Source: an uncultured Gammaproteobacteria bacterium
GTDB taxonomy: Bacteria; Pseudomonadota; Gammaproteobacteria; DRLM01
Assembly (NCBI GenBank): GCA_963729605.1
Contig: CAVSNY010000007.1
Location: 768,001 to 832,000 of the forward strand
Length of the DNA stretch: 64,000 nucleotides
Direction: 5' to 3'
Within the stretch, counting starts at the first letter, position 1; each line of letters begins with the position of its first letter. A model generated the notes under the pieces. It searched no databases. It saw only the letters and a list, made by a program, of their open reading frames with translations, and was not told where the DNA came from. The translations under genes were made by a program, and so were the position numbers. Positions 1 through 9,964 of this stretch are shown in pieces.

Positions 1-2
1 AA

Positions 3-425
3 CACCTGGTGCTGGCGCCGCAGCCGTTGACGGTGCTGGTGCTGGGCAAGATCGCAGCCCATTGGCTGGTCAGCGGCCTGCCGCTGGTGTTGATCGCGCC
101 GCTGCTGGGGATACAGTACGGGCTGTCGGCGGACGCGCTGTGGGTGCTGGTGTTGTCGCTGATTCTGGGTACCCCGGTGCTGAGCCTGATCGGCGCGGTG
201 GGCGCGGCGCTCACCCTCGGTCTGCGCGGCGGCGGGGTGTTGGTGTCGTTGCTGGTGTTGCCGCTATACATCCCGGTGCTGATATTCGGGGCGGGGGCGG
301 TGGAGGCGCAGGTGACGGGCTTGGGGCCGCAGGCGCATTTGTCCTTGCTGGGCGCGTTTTTGATGCCGGCGCTGGTGTTCGCACCGTGGGCCGCCGGTTG
401 GGCATTGCGGATTTCACTGGAATAA
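3..425 (+). CDS. ccmB: Heme exporter membrane subunit CcmB (5'-truncated by window edge)
   Basis: Hydrophobic ORF with GAALT..RGGGVL..LLVLPLYIPVLIFG motif; directly upstream of ccmC. Confidence 0.93.
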   Translation, partial: HLVLAPQPLTVLVLGKIAAHWLVSGLPLVLIAPLLGIQYGLSADALWVLVLSLILGTPVLSLIGAVGAALTLGLRGGGVLVSLLVLPLYIPVLIFGAGAVEAQVTGLGPQAHLSLLGAFLMPALVFAPWAAGWALRISLE

Positions 426-440
426 GGGGCGGGGTGTTCG

Positions 441-1187
441 GTGGCGGTAGGGCAGATCAACTGGTTCAAATTTTCGTCGCCGGCGACGTTTTATCCGCTG
501 GCCGGCAAGCTCTTGCCTTATTTCACGGTGCTGGCCGTGGTTTTGACGGCCGTCGGTTTATACCTGGGTTTTTTCGTCGCCCCCACCGATTATAAACAGG
601 GCGAGGGTTATCGAATCATTTTCATCCATGTGCCCGCCGCCTGGATGTCCATGTTGATTTACGTGGTGATGGCGGTGTATGCCGGGATGGGATTGGTATT
701 CAATACCCGGCTGTCCTCCCTGATGGCCTCGGCGCTCGCGCCCACCGGCGCCTTGTTCACTTTTCTCGCCTTATGGACCGGCGCCTTATGGGGCAAGCCG
801 ATGTGGGGGACCTGGTGGGTGTGGGACGCGCGGCTCACGTCGGAATTGATCCTGTTGTTTTTATACATTGGTTTCATGTCCTTGAAGGCGGCCATCGACG
901 ATCCGCGCCGCGCCGCGCGCGCCAGCGGTTTGCTGGCGATCATCGGCGTGATCAATATCCCCATCATTTATAAATCGGTGGAGTGGTGGAATACCCTTCA
1001 TCAAGGCGCCACCATCAAGGCCAGCGGTACGTCGATGGAAACCACCATGTTGACCGCCATGCTGGTGATGACCTTCGCGATGTGGATGTATACCGTCGCG
1101 GTGGTGCTGGCGCGGGTGCGTTGCGAGATTTTGGAAGCGGAGCGCGACACCGAATGGGTGGCGGCGGAGTTGAGTAAATCACGATGA
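441..1187 (+). CDS. ccmC: Heme exporter / heme chaperone loader CcmC
   Basis: WWD domain WGKPMWGTWWVWDARLTS, HVPAAW, WWNTLHQ. Confidence 0.97.
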   Translation: MAVGQINWFKFSSPATFYPLAGKLLPYFTVLAVVLTAVGLYLGFFVAPTDYKQGEGYRIIFIHVPAAWMSMLIYVVMAVYAGMGLVFNTRLSSLMASALAPTGALFTFLALWTGALWGKPMWGTWWVWDARLTSELILLFLYIGFMSLKAAIDDPRRAARASGLLAIIGVINIPIIYKSVEWWNTLHQGATIKASGTSMETTMLTAMLVMTFAMWMYTVAVVLARVRCEILEAERDTEWVAAELSKSR

Positions 1188-1366
1188 ATTGGGGCAGTGC
1201 GGGCGAGTTCTTCGCCATGGGCGGTTACGCCTTTTACGTATGGGGTTCCTTTGGGGTCGCCGCCTTGTTTTTATTGGTGGAGGTGATCATGGTCAGGCGC
1301 CGTAAGCGAACTATTATCCAGCGCCTGGGTCGTAGGAGGCGGATGCAAGCAGAGGTGAAACAATAA
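1184..1366 (+). CDS. ccmD: Heme exporter protein CcmD
   Basis: 60 aa, FFAMGGYAFYVW motif, single TM and basic tail; lies between ccmC and ccmE. Confidence 0.93.
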   Translation: MNWGSAGEFFAMGGYAFYVWGSFGVAALFLLVEVIMVRRRKRTIIQRLGRRRRMQAEVKQ

Positions 1367-1842
1367 TGAAGCCCAGACATAAGCGGCTGGCATTTATTTT
1401 GGTAGGGCTAGCGGGCCTGGGGGTGGCGGCGACTTTGGTATTGAACGCCTTGAAGAGCAACCTGCAATTGTTTTATAGCCCCAGCGAGTTAGTGGCGGGC
1501 GCCGCGCCCAAAGAGCGCACTTTCCGCCTGGGCGGTTTGGTGGAAGAGGGAAGCATCAAACGGGAAAATGACGGGCTCACGGTGAATTTCGTGCTGACCG
1601 ACCGCGCCGAAAACGTCAATGTGATTTTCAAGGGGATATTGCCTGATCTCTTCAAAGAGGGGGAAGGCGCGGTGGCCTTGGGTAAGATCAACGATGACGG
1701 GGTGTTCATGGCGGAGGAAGTGCTGGCCAAGCACGACGAAACCTATATGCCGCCGGAAGTGGCCCAGGCCTTGGAGCAAGCGAAAAAAGCTCAGCCGGCG
1801 ACCGCGGTGCCTATCAATACCAATGGGGGGAGGGACATCTAA
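1366..1842 (+). CDS. ccmE: Heme chaperone CcmE
   Basis: LPDLFKEG and VLAKHDETYMPPEV (heme-binding His). Confidence 0.97.
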   Translation: MKPRHKRLAFILVGLAGLGVAATLVLNALKSNLQLFYSPSELVAGAAPKERTFRLGGLVEEGSIKRENDGLTVNFVLTDRAENVNVIFKGILPDLFKEGEGAVALGKINDDGVFMAEEVLAKHDETYMPPEVAQALEQAKKAQPATAVPINTNGGRDI

Positions 1843-3902
1843 TGGTGCCGGAGATTGGACATTTCGCGCTGATTATCGCTTTATGCATGGCCTTGGTGCA
1901 GGGCAGTTTGCCGATCATCGGCGCCGCGCGCGGAATACCGCGCTGGATGGCCTTGGCCCGGCCGTTGGCGCAAGGCATGTTCGTCTTTGTCGCCGTCGCC
2001 TTCGCCTGTCTCACCTATTCGTTTATTCAAAATGATTTCTCCGTGCTCTATGTGGCGTCGCACTCTAATTCGGCTCTGCCGCTGCAATACCGTATCGCCG
2101 GCGTATGGGGCGGTCATGAAGGTTCCCTGTTGCTGTGGATTTTGATGCTGACCGGCTGGATGCTGGCGGTCAGTATGTTCAGCCGTCATTTGCCCGATGA
2201 AATGGCGGCCCGGGTATTGGGCGTAATGGGCCTGGTGACGGTCGGTTTCCTGGCCTTTACGCTGTTCACCTCCAATCCCTTCGCCCGTTTGTTGCCCGCC
2301 GCGCTCGACGGCCGGGATTTGAATCCGCTGCTGCAAGACTTCGGTTTGATCATCCATCCGCCGATGTTGTACATGGGTTATGTCGGTTTCTCGGTGGCCT
2401 TCGCCTTCGCCATCGCCGCGTTGCTGGGCGGCAGGCTCGACGCCACCTGGGCGCGCTGGTCGCGCCCGTGGACCACGGTGGCCTGGATGTTCCTCACCAT
2501 CGGTATCGCGCTCGGCAGCTGGTGGGCCTATTACGAATTGGGCTGGGGCGGCTGGTGGTTCTGGGACCCGGTCGAGAACGCCTCGTTCATGCCTTGGTTG
2601 GTCGGCACGGCGCTGATCCATTCGCTCGCCGTCACCGAAAAACGCGGCAGCTTCAAGAGCTGGACCGTGCTGCTGGCGATCACGGCGTTTTCGCTGAGCC
2701 TGCTCGGCACCTTCCTCGTCCGATCGGGTGTGTTGACCTCGGTGCATTCCTTCGCCAACGACCCCGAGCGCGGCATGTTCATCCTGATTTTCCTGGTGAT
2801 CGTAGTCGGCGGTTCCCTGGCGCTGTTCGCATGGCGCGCGCCCAAGGTCGGTTTGGGCGGGCGTTTCGAGATGTTGTCGCGCGAGACCATGCTGCTCGCC
2901 AATAACGTGCTGTTCGTGGTCGCCGCCGGCACGGTGTTGATCGGCACCTTGGCGCCGCTGGTGGTGGACGCCATGGCCTCGCTCGGCGTCATCGCGCCGA
3001 CCAATAAGATCTCGGTGGGGGCGCCGTATTTCGACGCGGTATTTATTCCCATCATGGCCGCCGTGGTGTTTTTCATGGGGGTGGGGCCGGTCGCCAAATG
3101 GAAACAAACCACCGTGCCCGAGCTGGGACGGCGGATACGCTGGGCCGCGGCGGTCGCGATCGTCATGGCGATCATTACGCCTTTCGTGATGGGGCACTGG
3201 TCGTGGCTGGTCAGCCTGGGCGCGTTGATGGCCTTCTGGATCGTCGCCACCGTGCTGCTGAGTCTGCGCGACCGCTTGAGCCGGACCCCCGGCGACAAGC
3301 CGTGGCCGGTGCGCCTGGTGAATCTGCCCACCAGTTACCTCGGCATGCAGCTCGCGCATTTCGGGGTGGCGGTGTTCATCCTCGGTGTGATGGGGGTGAG
3401 CGGTTACGAGGAAGGCAAAGACGTGCGCATGGAGATCGGCGATACGGTCGAAGTGTCGGGCTATACCTTCCGTTTCGACGGCGTGATCAATGCCAAAGGC
3501 GCGAACTACGAGGCGCAACGCGGTCTGATCACGGTATTCAAGGGTGAGAAGCCGCTGATGCAGCTCCATCCCGAGAAGCGGGTCTATCGCGTGCAAAAAG
3601 ATGTCATGACCGAAGCGGCTATCGACAGCGGCTTTTTCCGCCACTTGTTCGTGGCGCTGGGTGAGCCGGTGGGCAACGGCGCCTGGAGCGTCCGGGTTTA
3701 TTACAAACCCTTGATCAACTGGATCTGGGGCGGCTGCGGCTTGATGGCCTTGGGCGGCTTGCTCGCGATCAGCGACCGCCGCTACCGCGCCTTGGCGCGC
3801 AAGCAGCGTCAGATGGCCGAGGCGGGCGAAGGGGAAGGCGACGCCTCCGATGCACCGGCCCCGGCCGGCGGTTTCTTGCGCGGTTCGGAGGTGAAGTCCT
3901 GA
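1842..3902 (+). CDS. ccmF: Cytochrome c synthetase CcmF
   Basis: WGGHEGS, HPPMLYMGY, WGGWWFWDPVENAS, SVHSFA. Confidence 0.98.
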   Translation: MVPEIGHFALIIALCMALVQGSLPIIGAARGIPRWMALARPLAQGMFVFVAVAFACLTYSFIQNDFSVLYVASHSNSALPLQYRIAGVWGGHEGSLLLWILMLTGWMLAVSMFSRHLPDEMAARVLGVMGLVTVGFLAFTLFTSNPFARLLPAALDGRDLNPLLQDFGLIIHPPMLYMGYVGFSVAFAFAIAALLGGRLDATWARWSRPWTTVAWMFLTIGIALGSWWAYYELGWGGWWFWDPVENASFMPWLVGTALIHSLAVTEKRGSFKSWTVLLAITAFSLSLLGTFLVRSGVLTSVHSFANDPERGMFILIFLVIVVGGSLALFAWRAPKVGLGGRFEMLSRETMLLANNVLFVVAAGTVLIGTLAPLVVDAMASLGVIAPTNKISVGAPYFDAVFIPIMAAVVFFMGVGPVAKWKQTTVPELGRRIRWAAAVAIVMAIITPFVMGHWSWLVSLGALMAFWIVATVLLSLRDRLSRTPGDKPWPVRLVNLPTSYLGMQLAHFGVAVFILGVMGVSGYEEGKDVRMEIGDTVEVSGYTFRFDGVINAKGANYEAQRGLITVFKGEKPLMQLHPEKRVYRVQKDVMTEAAIDSGFFRHLFVALGEPVGNGAWSVRVYYKPLINWIWGGCGLMALGGLLAISDRRYRALARKQRQMAEAGEGEGDASDAPAPAGGFLRGSEVKS

Positions 3903-4426
3903 TGGGTCGGTTTCTAATCCCCCTCGGGGTGTTCGGTTTGTTGGCGGTGTTCCTATTTATCGGGCTCAGTCTCAAGCCCAGTGAGATCCCTTCGCCCTTG
4001 CTCGATAAAGCGGCGCCGGCGTTCGCGTTGCCGCAATTGCATGAACCGGACGAAAACTTCACGCCCGCCGATCTGCGCGGCCAGGTCTGGCTGTTCAACG
4101 TGTGGGCTTCTTGGTGTGTGTCCTGCCGCGACGAGCACCCGTTGTTGTTGGATCTCGCGCGTACGGGCGAGGTGCCGATCTACGGCCTCAATTACAAGGA
4201 TCAACGCCAGGACGCCGTGCGCTGGCTGCAACAGCTCGGCAATCCCTATATCGCGAGCGCCTACGACCTCGAGGGCCAAGTGGGGATCGATTACGGGGTC
4301 TATGGCGTGCCGGAAACCTACGTGATCGATCGCGAAGGGGTGATCCGCCACAAACACATCGGTCCCATTACGCTGAAAGTTTTGACCGATGAAATTCTCC
4401 CCATCGTAAGGAAGCTCAAAGGATGA
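3902..4426 (+). CDS. ccmG: Thiol:disulfide interchange protein CcmG/DsbE
   Basis: WASWCVSC thioredoxin motif, GVYGVPET; position in operon. Confidence 0.95.
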   Translation: MGRFLIPLGVFGLLAVFLFIGLSLKPSEIPSPLLDKAAPAFALPQLHEPDENFTPADLRGQVWLFNVWASWCVSCRDEHPLLLDLARTGEVPIYGLNYKDQRQDAVRWLQQLGNPYIASAYDLEGQVGIDYGVYGVPETYVIDREGVIRHKHIGPITLKVLTDEILPIVRKLKG

Positions 4427-4905
4427 AGCGGCTGGTATTGGTTTGGCTGCTGCTGGTCGGCGGCATGACGGCGGGTGTGGCCGCGGCCAAAGAAGCGGTG
4501 CCGGTGATGGGCGACGCCGTCATGCAGGCGCGGGTGATGAAACTCTCCGCCGAATTGCGCTGCCTGGTGTGCCAGGGGCAATCCTTGGCGGATTCCCACT
4601 CCGATTTCGCCATCGACATGCGCAACAAGATCATGGCGCTCATGAATGAGGGGATGAGCGATCGGGAAGTGAAAGCGTATCTGGTCGATCGCTACGGCGA
4701 ATTCATTTTGTATAAACCGCCCTTCTCCGGCATTACCACCATGGTGTGGCTGGGTCCGCTGGCGTTGTTCGCCATAGGCTCGGGGATATTGTTCTTCAAC
4801 CTCAAGCGGCGGCGTAAGACCGTGGCCGAGGCCACCTTGTCGCCGGAAGAACTGAATCGGGTACACAGCCTGTTAAATAAAGAGCCAGGGGATAAACACG
4901 CATGA
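4423..4905 (+). CDS. ccmH: Cytochrome c biogenesis protein CcmH (CcmL)
   Basis: LRCLVCQGQS motif, RYGEFILYKP. Confidence 0.95.
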   Translation: MKRLVLVWLLLVGGMTAGVAAAKEAVPVMGDAVMQARVMKLSAELRCLVCQGQSLADSHSDFAIDMRNKIMALMNEGMSDREVKAYLVDRYGEFILYKPPFSGITTMVWLGPLALFAIGSGILFFNLKRRRKTVAEATLSPEELNRVHSLLNKEPGDKHA

Positions 4906-6146
4906 TGATTTTTTCCGTGGTCGCGGCGCTGTTGCTTGCCGCGGCGTTGTTGTTCATCGTCCCTTCGTTATGGCGCCGGCACGGCCGTCAAGGCGTGCAA
5001 CGCGACCGTTCCAATCTGGAAATATACAAGGATCAGCTCGCCGAGCTGGAGGTCGATCTCAACGCCGGTACCTTGAGTCAAGAACAATTCGAGCATGGCC
5101 GGTTGGAGTTGGAGCGGCGTTTATTGGACGATGTCGCGCAGCAGCCCGCGCCGCCGGTGGTCGACGATAAAGACGCGGGACGCGGCGCGGCGGTGAGCCT
5201 GGCTTTGTTCGTCCCCCTGCTCGCGGTGTTGATCTATCTCATTCAGGGTGCGCCCGATGGCATTTCGCCGGAAAAGACGGCAGCCATGGTTGCGGGAAAT
5301 GGCGAACAACCCAGCCATGAAATCACCATGGACCAAATCCAGAACATGGTGGCGAAGCTGGCCGAACGCATGGAAACCAATCCCAACGATATCGAAGGCT
5401 GGTTGATGTTGGGCCGCTCCTATAGCGCCTTGGGACGTTACGCCGAGGCCGGCGCCGCGCTGGAAAGAGCGGTGGCCTTGCAGCCGGATAACGCCGACCT
5501 GCTGGTGGATTACGCCGACGTGCTCGCCATGGCCAGCGGTGAAACCCTGGAAGGCAAACCCGCCGAGTTGATCGCGCGGGCCTTGAGTCTCGATCCCAAT
5601 AATCAAAAGGGCTTGTGGCTTGCGGGGACCGCGGCCTTCGATCGGGGTGATTACAACCGCGCCATCGGTTATTGGGAACACTTGCTGGGGCAATTGCCGC
5701 CCGGTTCGCAAGAGGCCCAGGCCATGATCAATAATATCGCCGAGGCCCGCGCTCAGCGTGGGCAAGGCGGACCGGCGACGGCCGCCACGCCGGCGGCGGA
5801 ACAGATGGAGATCCAGGGTACCGTGCGCCTCAAACCGGAACTGGCGGGACGCGCCGCGCCCACCGATACGGTGTTCGTGTTCGCCCGCGCCGTGCAGGGG
5901 CCGCGCATGCCGCTGGCCATCCTGCGGGTGCAGGTCAAGGATCTGCCGCTGCAATTCAATTTGAACGATTCCCAGGCCGTGACGCCGATGGCGCGTTTGT
6001 CCGGTTATACCGAGGTGGCGGTGGGCGCCCGCATCTCCAAGAGCGGCAACGCCATGCCGGAGAGCGGCGACTTGGAAGGCATCGTCAATGCCGTGCAGGT
6101 GGGCAGCAGCGGCATCAACGTGATGATCGATACGGTCGTGCCTTGA
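4902..6146 (+). CDS. ccmI: Cytochrome c biogenesis protein CcmI (TPR plus C-terminal Ig-like domain)
   Basis: N-terminal TM, IYKDQLAEL, TPR repeats (GWLMLGRSY), GPRMPLA/ARISKSG C-terminal domain. Confidence 0.93.
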   Translation: MMIFSVVAALLLAAALLFIVPSLWRRHGRQGVQRDRSNLEIYKDQLAELEVDLNAGTLSQEQFEHGRLELERRLLDDVAQQPAPPVVDDKDAGRGAAVSLALFVPLLAVLIYLIQGAPDGISPEKTAAMVAGNGEQPSHEITMDQIQNMVAKLAERMETNPNDIEGWLMLGRSYSALGRYAEAGAALERAVALQPDNADLLVDYADVLAMASGETLEGKPAELIARALSLDPNNQKGLWLAGTAAFDRGDYNRAIGYWEHLLGQLPPGSQEAQAMINNIAEARAQRGQGGPATAATPAAEQMEIQGTVRLKPELAGRAAPTDTVFVFARAVQGPRMPLAILRVQVKDLPLQFNLNDSQAVTPMARLSGYTEVAVGARISKSGNAMPESGDLEGIVNAVQVGSSGINVMIDTVVP

Positions 6147-6213
6147 CCGGTGGAGCACGGCCGGCGGTTTCCGCCATGGAGAGTAATGGCCTATGATCCT
6201 GAAAAAGCGGTTG

Positions 6214-6340
6214 ACCACGGAGGGCGCGGAGTTCTCGGAGAAAAAAATCGGGGACTTCACGCTTGGATCGAACCCGCTCGACGGGGGAGTTCGCCCAATG
6301 CCCATTCTGACGTTCCGCGTCCTCCGTGATTTCCGTGGTT
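6214..6340. repeat. Intergenic inverted repeat built from periodic (A)CGGAG units (REP-like)
   Basis: ACCACGGAGGGCGCGGAGTTCTCGGAG (6214-6240) is an imperfect reverse complement of TTCCGCGTCCTCCGTGATTTCCGTGGT (6313-6339). Confidence 0.6.
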
Positions 6341-6359
6341 GGTATCCGCGGTTTTTAGG

Positions 6360-6920
6360 ATGAAGGGGATGAAGACCCGCCAGTGGGTTACGGGCTTGCT
6401 GGTCGTCTTGTTGATCGCGGGCTGCGGCAAGGCGGCGGCGCCGACCGATAAAATGATACTCGGCGAGCCTTTTCCATCCCTCCAGGTGACGACTCTGGAT
6501 GGTGAGGTGTTGCCCCTGACGGCGGCGCGCGGCAAGCTGGTGGTGCTGAATATCTGGGCGACTTGGTGCGGCCCCTGCCGGAAAGAACTGCCGAGTCTGC
6601 AGCGTTTGAGCCAGGCCTTGGATGCGCGGCGTTTCGAGGTGCTGGGCGTGGCCCTCGACGAAGACGCGCATATCGTGCGCGAGTACCTCATCGATAAGGG
6701 CGTGATCTATCCCAATTGGTTGGACCCGGCCTTCAAGGTGGCGGATGACGTGCTGGGCATCACCGCCTATCCCTACACCTTTTTCATCAGCCCCGAGGGC
6801 CGCTTGTTGGGCCGGGTGGTCGGCATCGCGGAATGGGACGATCCCAAAGTGATCCAGGCCTTGGAAGCGGCGTATCGCGGCGATACCTCCGGCTTGGCCG
6901 GTTTGTCCCGTCATTCGTGA
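6360..6920 (+). CDS. TlpA/ResA-family thiol-disulfide oxidoreductase, probable lipoprotein
   Basis: WATWCGPC motif; lipobox LIAGC; start at ATG 6360 or 6369. Confidence 0.88.
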   Translation: MKGMKTRQWVTGLLVVLLIAGCGKAAAPTDKMILGEPFPSLQVTTLDGEVLPLTAARGKLVVLNIWATWCGPCRKELPSLQRLSQALDARRFEVLGVALDEDAHIVREYLIDKGVIYPNWLDPAFKVADDVLGITAYPYTFFISPEGRLLGRVVGIAEWDDPKVIQALEAAYRGDTSGLAGLSRHS

Positions 6921-7044
6921 ATTGGCGCGATACCGCCGACACGCCGCGCTGTTGTACGGTACCGTCTTCTCAGTCCCGGCGCCGCTTGTTACTATTGCGC
7001 ACCGCCGCGGTGCTCACTGGGACAATAACCTTGAGGATGACACT

Positions 7045-7377
7045 ATGAACACCTTGTTTCGCAGCACACGCCGCAGCGCGATCGCGGCCATGGCGATCGC
7101 CTTGTGCATCGGCGGATGGACCGGTGTCGCGCAGGCGGCGGATCCCAAGAACGGCGCCACCTTGTATAACCAACATTGCGTCAACTGCCATGGCCAGCGC
7201 GGCGTGCCGGTGATGCCCGGCGTGCCCGACTTCTCCCGCCGCGAACGGCTGATGCAATCGGACCTGGATTTGATCAAGGCCATTTCCCGCGGCAAAGGCA
7301 TGATGCCCGCTTATCAAGGCCTGCTCAGTGAAAACGACATCCTGGATGTCATCTCCCATTTAAGAAACCTGCGGTGA
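7045..7377 (+). CDS. Small monoheme class I cytochrome c (c6/c553-like)
   Basis: GAGG RBS, signal peptide ending AQA, CVNCH, distal Met in GKGMMPAY. Confidence 0.9.
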   Translation: MNTLFRSTRRSAIAAMAIALCIGGWTGVAQAADPKNGATLYNQHCVNCHGQRGVPVMPGVPDFSRRERLMQSDLDLIKAISRGKGMMPAYQGLLSENDILDVISHLRNLR

Positions 7378-8504
7378 AGATCGGTTTCGGCATGCGCTGG
7401 GCCTTGGCCGCGCTGAGCGTGTTGCTCAGCGGCGGTTGCAGTTCCTCGGAAAAGGGCGGCGAATTTTCCGCGAAATCCGCCCTCGCCAACCGCGTCCCGC
7501 TCGCGGTGTTGGAATCGTTCGGGGTGGGCGACGACGTCTACGTCCGTTCCCTCGCCGTCGATCGCGCCGCCAACAGTGTGTGGGTCGGCACCTCGGTCGG
7601 GGTGCATGAAGTCGATTTGACCAGCCGCGATCCGCGCCAGACCTTCACCCGCAAGGAAGGCCTCGCCAACGAATACGTGTTCGCGATCCTGGTGGATGGC
7701 CAGGGCAATAAATGGTTCGGCACCAACGGCGGCGGGGTGTCCCGTTACCGCGACGGCCAATGGCAGACTTATTTTCCCATGCACGGCCTGGCCGATTACT
7801 GGGTGTACTCCTTCGCCGAGCAGCCGGGCGGCACCTTGTGGATCGGCACCTGGGCCGGCGTCAACCGTTTGGACACGGCGGACGGCAAGTTCACCACCTA
7901 CGTCAAAGAGCTGGTCAACGAATGGGTGTATGGCGCCGCGGTGGACGCCCGGCAGCGGGTGTGGTTCGGTACCGAGGGCGGCGTGTCGATGTTCGACGGC
8001 AAGGAGTGGCGGAGCTGGACTCATGCCGACGGGCTGGGCGCGCCCAACACCGACAATCTCCCCATCAGCCTGAACACCGGGCTCGGCACCCGTTCCCGGC
8101 ACGACTTGAACGTGCTGGCGGAGGGCGAGCCCAGCTACAACCCCAATTACGTCTTTTCGATGAAAGTGGCGGCGGACAACGCCGTATGGGCCGGCACCTG
8201 GGGCGGCGGGGTCGGCCGCTACGACGGCAAGGCCTGGAAAAATTACACCACTCAGGACGGCTTGGCGGGTAATATCGTCTTCAGCATCGCCCAGGCGCCG
8301 GACGGCGCGATGTGGTTCGGCACCAATCAGGGCGTGTCCCGTTTCGACGGTAAACACTGGCAGACCTTGCGGCGCGGCGACGGTTTGTTCGCCGACAGCG
8401 TTTACGCGGTGGCGGTGGCCCCAAACGGCGAGGCTTGGGTGGGCACCCGGCGCGGGGTGTCGCGCATCGGTCCCGCCAGCGCTAAAGAGGTAATCGACAA
8501 GTGA
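7374..8504 (+). CDS. Beta-propeller lipoprotein (two-component regulator propeller-type repeats)
   Basis: Lipobox LSGGC; repeated blades GL..xVxxI..D..G.xW(F/I)GT.GG. Confidence 0.8.
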   Translation: MKIGFGMRWALAALSVLLSGGCSSSEKGGEFSAKSALANRVPLAVLESFGVGDDVYVRSLAVDRAANSVWVGTSVGVHEVDLTSRDPRQTFTRKEGLANEYVFAILVDGQGNKWFGTNGGGVSRYRDGQWQTYFPMHGLADYWVYSFAEQPGGTLWIGTWAGVNRLDTADGKFTTYVKELVNEWVYGAAVDARQRVWFGTEGGVSMFDGKEWRSWTHADGLGAPNTDNLPISLNTGLGTRSRHDLNVLAEGEPSYNPNYVFSMKVAADNAVWAGTWGGGVGRYDGKAWKNYTTQDGLAGNIVFSIAQAPDGAMWFGTNQGVSRFDGKHWQTLRRGDGLFADSVYAVAVAPNGEAWVGTRRGVSRIGPASAKEVIDK

Positions 8505-9727
8505 AGATCGGTGTTACGGGAATCGCGATCGGCCTGATCGCCGTAAGCGGCGCGCTGGTGGCGGCCTATCAATTCGGCACTCAGCGCCAGTCAGACGGTT
8601 TGAATGCCGGCGCGGCGGGTTTGGCGCAGCGTGCCGCCGCGCCCGGCGGTGTCATGCCGGCCAATCACCCCGCGACGGCGGGCGTCGGCGGATCCGTCGG
8701 CGACAATAAATTCGCCCACTTCCGGGTCGGCAACCGCAATGTGAAGAGTATTTACGCCGACGGCGGCGTGGTGTGGATCGGCACCTCGGGCGGGGTGATC
8801 CGCTATGATGTCGCGACGGATAAACACCAGCTGTTCGACAATCAACTGACCGGCCTGCTCTCCAACGGGATATTTCATGTCAGCCGGGTCGGCCGACGAA
8901 TGGTGGTGGGCACTTACGGCGGTGGTCTGTCGGTGTTCGATCCGGCCAAGGACGCCTGGCGCAACTACAATATCCCCGACGGTTTGGCCGACCAGTTCGT
9001 CTACGACGTGCAGCAGGTGCGCAACGGTGATGTGTGGATCGCCACCTGGTCCGGCGTCAACCGGGTGCGCGGCGGGGCCTTCGAAGATCCCAGCCAATGG
9101 GAAACCTTTACCGTTGAGAACACCGGCGGCGGTCTGCCCAATCCCTGGGTCTATGCCCTGGACGAAGGCAAGAACGGCGAGATGTGGTTCGCCACGGAAT
9201 ACGGCCTGGCCCGCTACCAGAACGGCAAGTGGGACCATTGGCAACACGCCGACGGTTTGGGCGCGCCCTACGAGCAGGTCAAAGAGGCCATCCAATTCAC
9301 CAGCGATCCCGGCCAGTCGTCGTCCCACCACGCCCAGCAGAAAGTCGAGCAGGGCTTGCAGGACGTCAACGTGGCCTATAATCCCAATTACATCATCTCC
9401 CTGGCGGTGACCGACGATGGAGTCGTGTGGTGCGGTACCTGGGGCGGCGGCTTGGCCCGTTTCGACGGCAAAACCTGGCGTAACTTCACCACCCAAGACG
9501 GCCTCCCCGCCAATCACATTTTCATGTTGTACAAGGGACCGGACGGCCAGTTGTGGGCCGGTACCAGCCGGGGTTTGGCGCGGCTCAATACGGACGGCAA
9601 GGGATTTACGGTGCTGACGACCCGTGACGGATTGTTCGCGGATAATGTCTTTTCCATGGCCCATGCCCAGGACGGCAGTGTATGGGTAGGGAGTTTTGGC
9701 GGCGTGGCCCGGCTCAACGGCTTATAG
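8501..9727 (+). CDS. Second beta-propeller protein, N-terminally anchored or exported
   Basis: N-terminal hydrophobic segment; same blade repeats as upstream paralog. Confidence 0.8.
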   Translation: MKIGVTGIAIGLIAVSGALVAAYQFGTQRQSDGLNAGAAGLAQRAAAPGGVMPANHPATAGVGGSVGDNKFAHFRVGNRNVKSIYADGGVVWIGTSGGVIRYDVATDKHQLFDNQLTGLLSNGIFHVSRVGRRMVVGTYGGGLSVFDPAKDAWRNYNIPDGLADQFVYDVQQVRNGDVWIATWSGVNRVRGGAFEDPSQWETFTVENTGGGLPNPWVYALDEGKNGEMWFATEYGLARYQNGKWDHWQHADGLGAPYEQVKEAIQFTSDPGQSSSHHAQQKVEQGLQDVNVAYNPNYIISLAVTDDGVVWCGTWGGGLARFDGKTWRNFTTQDGLPANHIFMLYKGPDGQLWAGTSRGLARLNTDGKGFTVLTTRDGLFADNVFSMAHAQDGSVWVGSFGGVARLNGL

Positions 9728-9964
9728 CGTCTCATCTCTCTGCCTGAGCGACGCTAGCCTGGGGTTTTTCCTGGGTTTTTAGTCCAGTTCCGCGAAATGC
9801 TGCCGATAACCCTGTGGGGCTTATACCGGCCCCGCAGAGAGACATATGCCACAAACACTGGGTGTGTATCATCATTTTTCCGCTCCGAATGCGGCTTGTT
9901 CTCGTCCTTTGCGAAGCCGGGGTAAGCAGGTATTTGTCGGCTTGCCGGCGACCGGGATGCGGTC

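Noticed and set aside
1881-9664. Long antisense ORFs (1881-3644, 5121-6914, 7314-8357, 8591-9664)
   Set aside because: Shadow ORFs of high-GC coding strands; no motifs, and they overlap well-supported genes
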